64,000 nt of DNA from a virus, in the IMG/VR virus record IMGVR_UViG_3300017527_000515, positions 32,001 to 96,000 of that record; one strand, given 5' to 3'. Positions 23,058-33,091 of the stretch are shown here, in pieces. The notes under the pieces are model-generated. The model did not search any database. It had not been told where the DNA came from and worked only from the letters and a program-made list of their open reading frames with translations. A program made the translations under genes and the position numbers. How positions within the stretch are numbered: position 1 is the first letter of the stretch; every line of letters starts with the position of its first letter.

Positions 23058-26000
23058 TTATACAGCAGTACCAGCAAAAGTACCGCCTCCTAGTCCCCAT
23101 TTATCTGTATACTCAGGATCGCCGCCTGCTAATATCATAGCCCTATCATACTTGGCCTGTTGTGTGTAAAATCTCAAAGAATAATATGAGTTGCCTGGAT
23201 CTATAGGTTTACTAGCATCTCGTTCAAGGGGTGTGCCAATCCCAGCATGATCTACATGTATATACCTACCACTAAATACATTCTCTGGGCCGCCGAATAA
23301 CATACACTTTTCTCTCCTGAAGTTACTGGACCATGTGTAATAGTGACCGCCTGGCCTCCAGAAATCGTACTGCTTAAAGTCTTTGTATCTCCAATGCCTT
23401 TCGAATGGTAATTTTTCTGAATTTATCACCAGATTAGCTGAGGGAAATGACTCGCCTATTGTGTTTAAAAATGCTTCACATTTATAAGGGGCTACTGGAG
23501 CATAGTTTATAGTATCACTAGATGGATCTAAATTATATGCATACTCATACAGATCTCGTTGCTCTTTAGCCTCTGTTTCATGTAGATTATCATATGTAAC
23601 TCCTACTATGCGTTCGTCGTCGGGGTGTGATATTCCAGTAACAATTACTTTAGTTTTATCCATAGCCACAACTTCTTTATCAGCAAATCTAGGAGAGCGT
23701 AGGGAGAAATATTGTCCCATGTTCAGTAGATTATCCTCGTGTTTTAAATGATCTCCAGGACCATCTAAATTAATACCCTGGCCGCCTATATCTGATAATT
23801 GTGAAGCTATATATTTTCTTTCATATGTTTTAATATTTTCGTATTTTATATCCACATATCTAGCGAAATATAACTCTACGCTGTCCACAGATATAAAGCT
23901 GCCTGCATAATTATTTAAAGTTACCTGCACGCTATTTGCTATTTTATTTGCCATCTCATAAGGACCTACCAAGAAATCCATATATATAATATATTCTTCT
24001 TGGCCAGACGCTGGGTATTCTGGGGAACCAGCAGCTGAAGAAAGTCCTTTCGGTGAGCCGGTGCTTCCATCATTGAAATTACATGACACGCGTATACCAG
24101 GTCTAACCACTGTGTGTATGGTAGGCCTTGGTGGGTCCGAATCATTTAGCCCCTGAATATCTCCCCATATACCCCGTACCACAACTCTAGATAAAGGAGC
24201 TACAGACACTGGAGTGTAATCTATCACTACACTTCCAGAATCCCATACAAAAGAGCCGGGTATATTCATATCACCAGCTGTTTCTGAGGCTGTATTGCCC
24301 AGATCCATCTCCTCTATAGTCTCCTCTTTGGGTAGATAATACAGTCTATCTCGTGTCATCTCGGCTATCAATCCTCTGTTGTAATAACCATAAATATATC
24401 CTAGATTTATTCCGGTGTCTGGAGTTTTACCTATTATACCTTTACGTTCGGCAGCATCAGCATCTTCGATGGTAAATGATGCTGAACTATCAAACAGCAT
24501 GTTATCTTCATGTATCCAATCCGATCCGTAAGCCTTCTCATATATGTTGTCCTCGCCCTGGCCTGCATCCGTATCAGCGCCGCCACCTTCATCATTCCAA
24601 TCTACTGGTTGTGATGCCACATACTCATTCTCACCGTACAGTACTTCAAATGCTCTAGGATGTGCACCACCTATGGACAATGTTGGATATACGGACAGAA
24701 ATCCCTCTTCGAACTTCGGCGCTGTATATACTATTTTGTAATCACCTTCATCCAATATAGTTCTATGCTCGTTTTTATAATAATCCCATATGTATGGTGC
24801 CTTCTTTAAATCTACAAAATCTAAGAACCCCACGGCTGTTGTCGTATCAGTGTCGGCGTCCTCATCCTCTCCGGGCTCTGTTACTGGTAATTCATTAGAA
24901 GCATTTCTTTCTATTTCCAGCCAATCCTCCTGCCAGGCCCAAGCAGCCTTTTGTTTTTTTAAATAGTAAAACACAGCTTTAGTTGCTATAGTACCTATGG
25001 GGTATGTGGGAAGTGGATAACTACTATTACCTTCATGATGCACTTCAAACAACTCATCCCATCTGTATCTACCGCCCAAAGCTTCTGGATCATCCTCTAC
25101 TTCCTCTTCGGTAGGCTCGACGGGTTTTCGCTCTTCATTTACAGCTGCACAAGTAGCCATGGTCATTTGATGGAAATATCTAAAAGGTTCGAACCCTTGA
25201 TCTGGGGATATACCTACATACTTATCCTCATAAGCGTCGTCATAAGAGTTAAACCCTGAATAAAAACTGCTATGATCTAACATCAAAGGCATCCAATCAG
25301 CCTTTTGTAATATCCCATTCACTACAAACGGTATTATATGAGTAATATAATCCTCACTTAAATATTTCTCTACGTATTCTCTACCTTCATTGCCAAACGG
25401 AGGTGGATACCAACCATTCTCAGCGTACTCTCCTAAATCTACTGGGCCCCTCTTAAACACCCTACCGGCAAAGATTACTGAAGATGCCTCGGCATCACTA
25501 TACCAAAAATCACAACCGCAGTCACAAGAGGATGCCCAATTACCTCTAACATCACCAAAAGCATCGTATTTATAAGGACCACAGTATCTATAGTCCCATC
25601 TCTTCAGTACTGTTCCACCGCCTACAAATTCTTTTTCTCCAGTAAGTGGGTTAACATTACCGCCAGAATCGGGACCTACATAACCAGCTTGACAATTATT
25701 ACATACAGTAAATTCATCATACATATCATAGCCGCGGCACACATTATAAGGAAACCACATAGGCCCTTCCCATTTTTGCCATGAATGTAGATGATCTCCA
25801 CAGTTAGGTACTTCAACGTGTTTATATGGAGCTGATAGTGGTGCATCCTGCTTGATATCTATACAAAAACCTGATCTAGGCTGTAGTGCGTACTGTCTAC
25901 CTTCCGCGCTATATCTATAGAATATATCCACGCCACGGCAGCCTTCTTTAACAATTTGTGTTACCATTTTAGTTGCGAATGAGTTTATAGTTCTCCCATT

Positions 26001-28712
26001 GTCGTCCTTGAAATGAGCCATGAATTGTACAGAGCCTCTAGATATACCATTTACCTCTAATGACCCTCCGCCGCCGAATATATTATACGGAGTACCCACA
26101 AGAACATTAGTTTCATTTTTACCACCCCCGTATTTTATTACACCTTCGCCAGGATTATTGGTTAATTGTATGTAACCATAATCCAAGACTAGATCCCATT
26201 GGGAATTTCTAAACGTCATCTTGTGCTCTTCATCTACAGGTTGTAATACCGCCATAGCAGCGCCTATGTAATTATCGTCTTCTATAATAGATTCTAACTC
26301 TACCTCATCTGGTAAGCCGCCGGGTGGGTAATCCTCGCCGCCGATATAAACTAACTTGGCATTTATTATTTCCCAGTCATACACATAATTTATGTTTTTG
26401 TCTTCTAATTCTATAAGAATCTTATTTGATTGGCCTATCCCGCCCCAAAACTCACAGGATACATCTGTCTCTTCTACTTGCTCGTATGCGTAATCGAAAT
26501 ACCTTTCGCCAGTCCATAGGTTATCCAAGCTGAATGTTGATACTATTTCTGTGTCTTCGCCAAACCTAGCTCCGCCCATTGATACTATACTTGCAGTGGC
26601 TGTGGCGCCAGGCTCTATAGCTGTAGGAACTTTATTCTCCCAGCCAGTATCATTATCCTCATATAAATGTGTGTACTCTGTCTGTTTTACTACTCCGCCG
26701 TACCAAATACTATTCACTTCTCTCCATCTATATTCCCACGTACCATCTCCTAGATCTACACATACTAGTAATAGGTTAGGATTGCTAGAATAATCTAGTC
26801 TTACTTCTGATGTCATAAAAAATCCAAACTCATCATCAGACGCCGATCTCGCTATATACCCCGGCGCTTCAGCAAATCCTCTAGATACAGTCTCCCTTAA
26901 AAAATTATATACATCTTCTTTTATTATTTTTGCTGGCCGCCCGAATATGTTATCATCTTTAATAGCATATACTCCGGTGAAATAACCCAACATACTTGAT
27001 ATTGGAATTCTGTTAGTGTTTATAACATAAACTTGTTTATTGGTATACGTTTGCCCTATTGTTTTTATACGATCTCCTTTAATATTATTAGATCGTTTTG
27101 TGTATCCTGGGTCCCCAGCATCTCTACAAATCTCAGAATTAAAATAATTATTATCATATGGCGGATACACTACCGTAAGAGGAGCAAAATCAGGGAAAGT
27201 ATGTTCTCTCACTAGATTTGGATAGTGTCTTTGTCCCCCCTCTGTACTAGTTCCTATCTGTGCATGGTGGTACTCAACATCTTCTGCCTCAATATAGGCT
27301 TTGGTAAATTCCCTCATATGTAAAGGAGATGGCTGGCACAACCATAGTTTTTTACCTACCATCTTACTGTCAGTAACTCCACTTTCGCCGGTATCATCCT
27401 CTATCTTTTTCCAATTAGTAAATGTATATATAGCAGGTGTATGTGGGTCATCAAAGTTGGGTTTGATATTATAGAAAGTATCGTATTCATCTTGACTGTC
27501 CCATGTAGATGCCCAGAATCTAAGCTCCAACACCTGGTTAGCTGTAATAGGCATACCAGCTTGTGTTCTAGTAGACGTAACATATATCCATTCACCAGTA
27601 TAGCATGGGCATTCTGGTCGGGCGCCATTACATACTGGTCCGCCACCCTTAGCCCATACACCGTCTAATGCTAATTGTGCTCCTGTGTGGTCTTCCCACG
27701 CGCCGCCTTCTTGTGAAAGGTCCTCTAATACTCGAGTATTAAACGGTACAGCATCTGAGTGTGGGCACTTACAGAACTCTACTCTACCCCCATCATCAAA
27801 TATATCTGGATCGCCTTCCAAGTATATGGTAGCACCGTATTCGTCTATGTGATATTCCCGGCCGGTATCTTCATCCCACCATTGGCATTTTTGAAATCTT
27901 GCGCGGTCGTTGAATAACTTATAGTTTAGTGGTAATCTATATCTATCATCATAACCGTCGTCATTCTCCCATGCTTGGGCTCGTTCCCAACCTTGCTTAG
28001 TGATAGTGATGTTATCAGGTTCTACATCTCCTGGAGATTTGCCAGCGGGGGATATAATACCAAACCCCATCTGATATGGTCTGTATAAATTACATACTAC
28101 AGGAAGTTCCGATAGACGGTCCTCAGCATCCTCACTCTCCGATATTATACTACAACCCTGTTCTCCTCTACCCCAACCATGACAATCACATTTACCGACA
28201 CCGTCGCCCTCTGAATCATTATAGCCCCAAACATCATCGCGTTTTATGGATTTGAATATAGCATCTTTATCACCACCCAGAGATTTTTCTCCTAATCCAG
28301 TAACATATGGGTTAGGTGCGGTACAAATCCATTCCTCTGGATCATGTTCAGCGCCGGGCTCGTACGCACTACACCAACTACGTCTACCTAAGAAGTCACA
28401 TTGGCCAAAATTGAACCCAGATGGTATCTCTGGTTTAGGGTCGTTTGGATTATCTGATGTGTTGTCGGTCTCATAACTACAACTATAGCCTGCACCCTCG
28501 CCCTCGCCTTTCTTAAACCATGCGCACACTGGAGGCATGCCTTTTAGAAAGTACTGACAGGTTCTCCAAGCCCTTGCTCCTTCGCCCGTGGATGCTCTCA
28601 GACCAGTAGAAACATCTGTATAGTTCCAATCAGAGTAAGGAGTTACGTCATCCCAACAATATTCCCATTGGGTTCCGTCCTCAAATTTTACTGATATGCA
28701 ATCTCCTGCCAT
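23058..28712 (-). CDS. Giant Cys-rich acidic hypothetical virion protein (1884 aa)
   Basis: Long ORF coupled to the upstream gene through a TAATG overlap. Two Cys clusters; no recognised family. Confidence 0.75.
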   Translation of the reverse strand: MAGDCISVKFEDGTQWEYCWDDVTPYSDWNYTDVSTGLRASTGEGARAWRTCQYFLKGMPPVCAWFKKGEGEGAGYSCSYETDNTSDNPNDPKPEIPSGFNFGQCDFLGRRSWCSAYEPGAEHDPEEWICTAPNPYVTGLGEKSLGGDKDAIFKSIKRDDVWGYNDSEGDGVGKCDCHGWGRGEQGCSIISESEDAEDRLSELPVVCNLYRPYQMGFGIISPAGKSPGDVEPDNITITKQGWERAQAWENDDGYDDRYRLPLNYKLFNDRARFQKCQWWDEDTGREYHIDEYGATIYLEGDPDIFDDGGRVEFCKCPHSDAVPFNTRVLEDLSQEGGAWEDHTGAQLALDGVWAKGGGPVCNGARPECPCYTGEWIYVTSTRTQAGMPITANQVLELRFWASTWDSQDEYDTFYNIKPNFDDPHTPAIYTFTNWKKIEDDTGESGVTDSKMVGKKLWLCQPSPLHMREFTKAYIEAEDVEYHHAQIGTSTEGGQRHYPNLVREHTFPDFAPLTVVYPPYDNNYFNSEICRDAGDPGYTKRSNNIKGDRIKTIGQTYTNKQVYVINTNRIPISSMLGYFTGVYAIKDDNIFGRPAKIIKEDVYNFLRETVSRGFAEAPGYIARSASDDEFGFFMTSEVRLDYSSNPNLLLVCVDLGDGTWEYRWREVNSIWYGGVVKQTEYTHLYEDNDTGWENKVPTAIEPGATATASIVSMGGARFGEDTEIVSTFSLDNLWTGERYFDYAYEQVEETDVSCEFWGGIGQSNKILIELEDKNINYVYDWEIINAKLVYIGGEDYPPGGLPDEVELESIIEDDNYIGAAMAVLQPVDEEHKMTFRNSQWDLVLDYGYIQLTNNPGEGVIKYGGGKNETNVLVGTPYNIFGGGGSLEVNGISRGSVQFMAHFKDDNGRTINSFATKMVTQIVKEGCRGVDIFYRYSAEGRQYALQPRSGFCIDIKQDAPLSAPYKHVEVPNCGDHLHSWQKWEGPMWFPYNVCRGYDMYDEFTVCNNCQAGYVGPDSGGNVNPLTGEKEFVGGGTVLKRWDYRYCGPYKYDAFGDVRGNWASSCDCGCDFWYSDAEASSVIFAGRVFKRGPVDLGEYAENGWYPPPFGNEGREYVEKYLSEDYITHIIPFVVNGILQKADWMPLMLDHSSFYSGFNSYDDAYEDKYVGISPDQGFEPFRYFHQMTMATCAAVNEERKPVEPTEEEVEDDPEALGGRYRWDELFEVHHEGNSSYPLPTYPIGTIATKAVFYYLKKQKAAWAWQEDWLEIERNASNELPVTEPGEDEDADTDTTTAVGFLDFVDLKKAPYIWDYYKNEHRTILDEGDYKIVYTAPKFEEGFLSVYPTLSIGGAHPRAFEVLYGENEYVASQPVDWNDEGGGADTDAGQGEDNIYEKAYGSDWIHEDNMLFDSSASFTIEDADAAERKGIIGKTPDTGINLGYIYGYYNRGLIAEMTRDRLYYLPKEETIEEMDLGNTASETAGDMNIPGSFVWDSGSVVIDYTPVSVAPLSRVVVRGIWGDIQGLNDSDPPRPTIHTVVRPGIRVSCNFNDGSTGSPKGLSSAAGSPEYPASGQEEYIIYMDFLVGPYEMANKIANSVQVTLNNYAGSFISVDSVELYFARYVDIKYENIKTYERKYIASQLSDIGGQGINLDGPGDHLKHEDNLLNMGQYFSLRSPRFADKEVVAMDKTKVIVTGISHPDDERIVGVTYDNLHETEAKEQRDLYEYAYNLDPSSDTINYAPVAPYKCEAFLNTIGESFPSANLVINSEKLPFERHWRYKDFKQYDFWRPGGHYYTWSSNFRREKCMLFGGPENVFSGRYIHVDHAGIGTPLERDASKPIDPGNSYYSLRFYTQQAKYDRAMILAGGDPEYTDKWGLGGGTFAGTAV

Positions 28713-29026
28713 TAGAGTTTTTTAACCTCCATAGTCATTTTACCTGTGAATTCATTAACTGTGTACCAAATCTTCACTGGCTTATCATCAACGGTATCGT
28801 AATAACCTATAGACCTTGATTCTATACGAAAACTTTCCGGTACTCCAGGTACAGCAGAACCACGTTTTTTCTGATCGTAGGCCATTTTATTATCTAACGT
28901 CCACTGTCTCCCTTCGAAGTGAAGAGTCACTCTGACTATATTTATCTTTGGTATCTTCTTCCAGCCCATTTGGGTTTCTCTGATTATGGTGCCGTCAGAG
29001 TATTCTACTTCCCAACCTCGTCTCAT
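28712..29026 (-). CDS. Small hypothetical protein (about 104 aa), related to 33092..33550
   Basis: Start moved to the ATG at 29026, which has AGGAGG upstream. Shares the YxDGxII...GWxxIP motif with the 33092 gene. Confidence 0.7.
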   Translation of the reverse strand: MRRGWEVEYSDGTIIRETQMGWKKIPKINIVRVTLHFEGRQWTLDNKMAYDQKKRGSAVPGVPESFRIESRSIGYYDTVDDKPVKIWYTVNEFTGKMTMEVKKL

Positions 29027-29037
29027 ATTGCCTCCTA

Positions 29038-29085
29038 TAAACAAAAATAGGGAACAGATATAGCACTACGCCATCTCTGTTCCCT
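29038..29085 (-). terminator. Rho-independent terminator-like hairpin
   Basis: Perfect 10-bp inverted repeat AGGGAACAGA/TCTGTTCCCT (29049-29058 and 29076-29085) plus an inner stem, followed on the minus strand by ATTTTTGTTT. Confidence 0.75.
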
Positions 29086-29119
29086 TCCTTAACTTTAGAA
29101 TAGAATTATACAGCGGCAT
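29066..29119 (-). CDS. Putative 17-aa leader peptide MPLYNSILKLRKGTEMA
   Basis: GGGAGG lies 7 nt before the ATG. The TAG stop falls in the loop of the terminator hairpin. Confidence 0.35.
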   Translation of the reverse strand: MPLYNSILKLRKGTEMA

Positions 29120-29162
29120 GTAAATGCCTCCCTTTTCCTAAAAAATTCTTAACCTGTCCTAA

Positions 29163-30728
29163 TTACGCGTAGTCGAAATAGATACGGTAATTAATAGTGC
29201 TATTCGCGCCTACTTCTGATGCTCCAAGTTTTATATTGAGCCATACAGGATCAGCTACCATACCTCCTGCGGTGCTAGTTCCTAAGGCTTCACTAGAGTC
29301 TGCGTCTGCTACAACAGCGAGACCTTCTTTGGTTGCATATAAATAGCTAGGTGGTACATCACTGCTTATATCAGCAGCGGTTACATTGGTTCTCCATTCA
29401 TACCCGTCCATGGGGGCAGTGCCAGCATTATTACCTGGACCTACGGTACCAAATCTAAAATAAGTATCATTGTTACCTTCTCCGTGGTGTTCGAAGTTTC
29501 CATGGTTTTGAAGACCAAATTTAACTGTGTCAATCTCCACAGCGCCTGCCATGATTTCAAACAAGACACTCCTAACCGGAGATTCTGTGGATACTGTAAC
29601 ATTACCATAGTTTAAGTTGGTTATATCATATGCTGATGGTTGCGGAGGAGTACAGATTAACATGAATTCATCACCGGCCGTTAAATCGGCACTCAAAGGT
29701 GCTGTAAATTTAACATACAAACCCCTACTACCTAGACGTGTCCAGCCAGTAGATGTAGTGTATGCAGTATCTGCGTCATCCCCCCTACTACTTCCCCATA
29801 TAAATTGAGCTGTTCCTATTGGCGCCGAAGTGTTCGAACCTTCTGCGAATTGAACTTGCTGGCAGGTAATATCCCAAGCAGGGTCACAGGTATTAAAGAT
29901 AGCATCGGTAAACTTAACCATCAGCCCCTTAGTCCCTACCTTGTACCAATAATTTGCATATAACAGTTCTATACCAGTAAGGTTGTCATCCACATTTCCA
30001 GTAGATTCCCAGGTAAGAACAGGTACATTACCAGTACCAGCACCCATAGTAGTACCGTTAGTAGTACTAATTGCTAAGGTGTATTGGATAGTAGTATTCC
30101 AGTTGTAATAACCTCCAGTTGTGATCGTTCCAGTGTAACTATTAGTTCCACCCTTAGAAGGTGTCCCTATACTTACCTCTTTATTAACAACTATGGTGTA
30201 TGTCTCATCAAAAAATCCATTGTATGTACCAGAAACGGAAACATAGTTATTCGTTTCTGCATTGGGTGAGCCAGTTGAGTTATTAACCGAACCACCTACT
30301 TCGGTTTTAGTTCCCCAACCTAACTCTAGATGTGCTGTATTAGTACCACTCCATACAGTCATACTAGCTGAGCTGCCGAGAGTTCCAGAATATAATTTAA
30401 ACTGGTTATCGTCCCAAACACACTGAGCTTGATCCCAGGCTGTAGTGGCCTGGCCTGCATTATGCATGGCTTCTGTAATATCTTTTGCAACAAATCTGGG
30501 GTCAAGGTCTACGCCGCTTGCCAGCGTAATACCAAGAGGGCTTGCCGGGCTTCCATCTATCTTAAGATAGAGTCTATTGTTTGTGGTACCTATATTAAAT
30601 GTGTCATCTACAGGAGCTGTAGCCAACGAATAGCCTCGGGTACCTCTTCCCCAATTGGTTCCTCCACCAGTGCCACCTACACCGGCCTCAGAAATGTCGT
30701 ATTGTACCCATCGAGTTACTGCACTCAT
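29163..30728 (-). CDS. Virion structural protein (521 aa), Thr/Gly-rich beta-sandwich type
   Basis: AAGGAGG RBS, followed by a terminator. Shares a FK(L/I)xSG(T/S) domain with the 40337 and 13909 genes. Confidence 0.65.
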   Translation of the reverse strand: MSAVTRWVQYDISEAGVGGTGGGTNWGRGTRGYSLATAPVDDTFNIGTTNNRLYLKIDGSPASPLGITLASGVDLDPRFVAKDITEAMHNAGQATTAWDQAQCVWDDNQFKLYSGTLGSSASMTVWSGTNTAHLELGWGTKTEVGGSVNNSTGSPNAETNNYVSVSGTYNGFFDETYTIVVNKEVSIGTPSKGGTNSYTGTITTGGYYNWNTTIQYTLAISTTNGTTMGAGTGNVPVLTWESTGNVDDNLTGIELLYANYWYKVGTKGLMVKFTDAIFNTCDPAWDITCQQVQFAEGSNTSAPIGTAQFIWGSSRGDDADTAYTTSTGWTRLGSRGLYVKFTAPLSADLTAGDEFMLICTPPQPSAYDITNLNYGNVTVSTESPVRSVLFEIMAGAVEIDTVKFGLQNHGNFEHHGEGNNDTYFRFGTVGPGNNAGTAPMDGYEWRTNVTAADISSDVPPSYLYATKEGLAVVADADSSEALGTSTAGGMVADPVWLNIKLGASEVGANSTINYRIYFDYA

Positions 30729-30748
30729 AAAACTGTCCTCCTTAATTG

Positions 30749-32362
30749 TTATTCGGGCTCGTCTTCTATTCTAAATTCAAACGTGAATGGTTCCATCACG
30801 TTGCCTGCGAAATCTTTTGCCCTTACTTCTACTCTAAATACCTTGCCATAAAAATAAATGGTGTCCGTAGTAGGAGTGATAGATGCGCCTAAATTTTTCT
30901 CGCTCCAAGGCATGCCGACTATACTAGCGCCTAGACTTATGGACTCTTTAGGCGTCGATCTGAAAAAATAAGCGTCGGTGCCGGTATTAGGACAGCTAGC
31001 TAAATTTTCTGCGGTGCCCCTCACAACTACCTGACTTCCAAAGCCATAATCCTGTGTACGATTATCATACTCTACTATGTAACCAGAGGTTAAATAAAAA
31101 TCTCTCTCCAGGGCATCACCATTATCATTCTCTGTATGTACCGTAACTGTAGTAGCTCCGGTCAGGTCAGCGAAATCATTTGGAGAGTCAAAACACATTG
31201 TATACCCATCTGTTATCGGGGTATAGGTGTTGCCCGAAGTCACAGTCTCACCTATTATAAAATATGATCCTGAGGTTACTACATTATGGACATCATCAGT
31301 TAAATCTACACATATTGTTCCTGATGCGGAAGCATATTCTTCTATATCCAAAGAGAAATTAGAAATCTTTAGAGATAACAAATCTACATCGAAAGTCCAG
31401 CCATTAGTTCCAGACACTCCACTGATAGCTTCGTAATAATAATACCCTATTGTGCCTGATACAACCTCACCCTCAAAGGAGTAAGACACCAAGTCAACTG
31501 GGAAATCTATCCCTGAGAACGATGTGTGGCCACATACACCATCAAAATAATAAAACCCAGACGTTGTAGCGGTAGATTCTATATCTAAAGGTATATCTAT
31601 TACCGATCCTGATATTACTGTAGCTTCCCACTCCGCGGCCTGCCTATCCTTCTCTAATCCATTTAACATGTGAAATCTGTAAGTATATTTATCTGGATGA
31701 AACTCTACAGGATATCCAGCTAAAAATAATTCACAATCTTGTGATTGGGTACCTTCGTAATCCAATGCACCCATCGTAAAATAATGTGTGAAATTTTCTA
31801 TCCCAGAGTTTATAACTTGATCCTCTGGCGGGCCAGGAATTAACGGATCGTAATGCCCACCTGCTGTATAATGAGCTTCATAATCATCGTCTATCTCCTC
31901 ATCACCGAAGATCCAATAAGTTCCTAATATATTATCTGATGATGGATATAATTGGCCACCTGTGTATTTTATTCTGGCATCTAAGGCGCCAGATATCTTA
32001 GTCAGGCCAGTGAAATATTGTAGGTCTACATCATCCGTTCTTGTTAATCCACTATTAGTGGTTGGTATAGAATAGTCTACCAATGCTACAGCCATTCCAC
32101 TCTCAGTAGGATGAGTTTCATATTTATGTGCTGTACTTGTAAAACCATCATGCTGCACAGCGCCACTCCAAGTAGCAAAATACTCATGGTATGTGGTGAT
32201 AGTGCCGCTTATTTCTGGAAGTACTACGTAGTCCGCACCTATATCGCGCTGGCCTATATTCTCCAACTGACCAGCTATAAAAGAAGAATATATGTCTCCG
32301 ATTCCTGAAGCAACTGAGAAAAAAGATGATTCAATATATATGTCAATGGTACCATCTGGCAT
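30749..32362 (-). CDS. Acidic SG-motif-rich structural protein with a C-terminal Ig-like strand (537 aa)
   Basis: C-terminus YGKVFRVEVRAKDFAGNVMEPFTFEF is Ig/Big-like. 17 SG dipeptides by hand count. Confidence 0.7.
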   Translation of the reverse strand: MPDGTIDIYIESSFFSVASGIGDIYSSFIAGQLENIGQRDIGADYVVLPEISGTITTYHEYFATWSGAVQHDGFTSTAHKYETHPTESGMAVALVDYSIPTTNSGLTRTDDVDLQYFTGLTKISGALDARIKYTGGQLYPSSDNILGTYWIFGDEEIDDDYEAHYTAGGHYDPLIPGPPEDQVINSGIENFTHYFTMGALDYEGTQSQDCELFLAGYPVEFHPDKYTYRFHMLNGLEKDRQAAEWEATVISGSVIDIPLDIESTATTSGFYYFDGVCGHTSFSGIDFPVDLVSYSFEGEVVSGTIGYYYYEAISGVSGTNGWTFDVDLLSLKISNFSLDIEEYASASGTICVDLTDDVHNVVTSGSYFIIGETVTSGNTYTPITDGYTMCFDSPNDFADLTGATTVTVHTENDNGDALERDFYLTSGYIVEYDNRTQDYGFGSQVVVRGTAENLASCPNTGTDAYFFRSTPKESISLGASIVGMPWSEKNLGASITPTTDTIYFYGKVFRVEVRAKDFAGNVMEPFTFEFRIEDEPE

Positions 32363-32375
32363 CTAAATCCCCTCA

Positions 32376-33080
32376 TTAGGTATATGAATAATGTAATGTT
32401 ATTACAAAGTCATGAACCCCGTAAGGAACAGACCCGTTTATATTGTCTAACCATGGCCTGACAATTAGGTAATCACCCTGTCTACCTGAAGTGGGGAATG
32501 AATAAATCATATCAAAATCACCGTAGTAATAGTCCACACCACTAACTGTGGTATTACCCTTAAGAGTTATGTTGTATTCTGGTGCAAATGGGTCTTCTGG
32601 TTCTAATGTACCAGGGTCAACCGGGCCGCCATACTTAACAACAGAAGGGGCTTGTTCTGTGCCGCCTGACCAACTATAGTTGGCACAGGATGCTTTTACC
32701 CTATCGGAATCTATCAGAAAATTATTTATGGAACTGTGAGTAACACTGTCCCATGCAGTTAAACGGTTATTGTAATTTTCACCCGATGTCACCTCAAATA
32801 CTATGGAGTTTCTAAGGTCAAACCCACTAACCGTAGTCGACGGGTCCTGAGCAGGATAGAAAGATTCTATACTAGGGACCTGTCTGTTAAATATCCTCCA
32901 CATAGTATCACCTGTAACTTCATACCAAGTAGCCAGAGGCAGTTCGCCTGGTAAGATGTGAGATCTAGTACCAGCTGTATTAGGGCTCACTAAGTTGGGG
33001 CTGGTGAAGACTACTGTTGATAGGTCATGCCAGCTCGGTGTATCATATTCATAAAAACTTGTAGTTATAGTAACAGCCAT
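32376..33080 (-). CDS. Hypothetical structural protein (234 aa), paralogue of 33561..34265
   Basis: LxAWD motif and aromatic C-terminal strand (ITLHYSYT). GGAGG RBS. Confidence 0.7.
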   Translation of the reverse strand: MAVTITTSFYEYDTPSWHDLSTVVFTSPNLVSPNTAGTRSHILPGELPLATWYEVTGDTMWRIFNRQVPSIESFYPAQDPSTTVSGFDLRNSIVFEVTSGENYNNRLTAWDSVTHSSINNFLIDSDRVKASCANYSWSGGTEQAPSVVKYGGPVDPGTLEPEDPFAPEYNITLKGNTTVSGVDYYYGDFDMIYSFPTSGRQGDYLIVRPWLDNINGSVPYGVHDFVITLHYSYT

Positions 33081-33091
33081 CTTTTTTCCTC

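Noticed and set aside
29105-29135. TATAAT inside the intergenic element as a sigma70 promoter
   Set aside because: No -35 box or properly spaced TGn extension, and it lies just upstream of a terminator.
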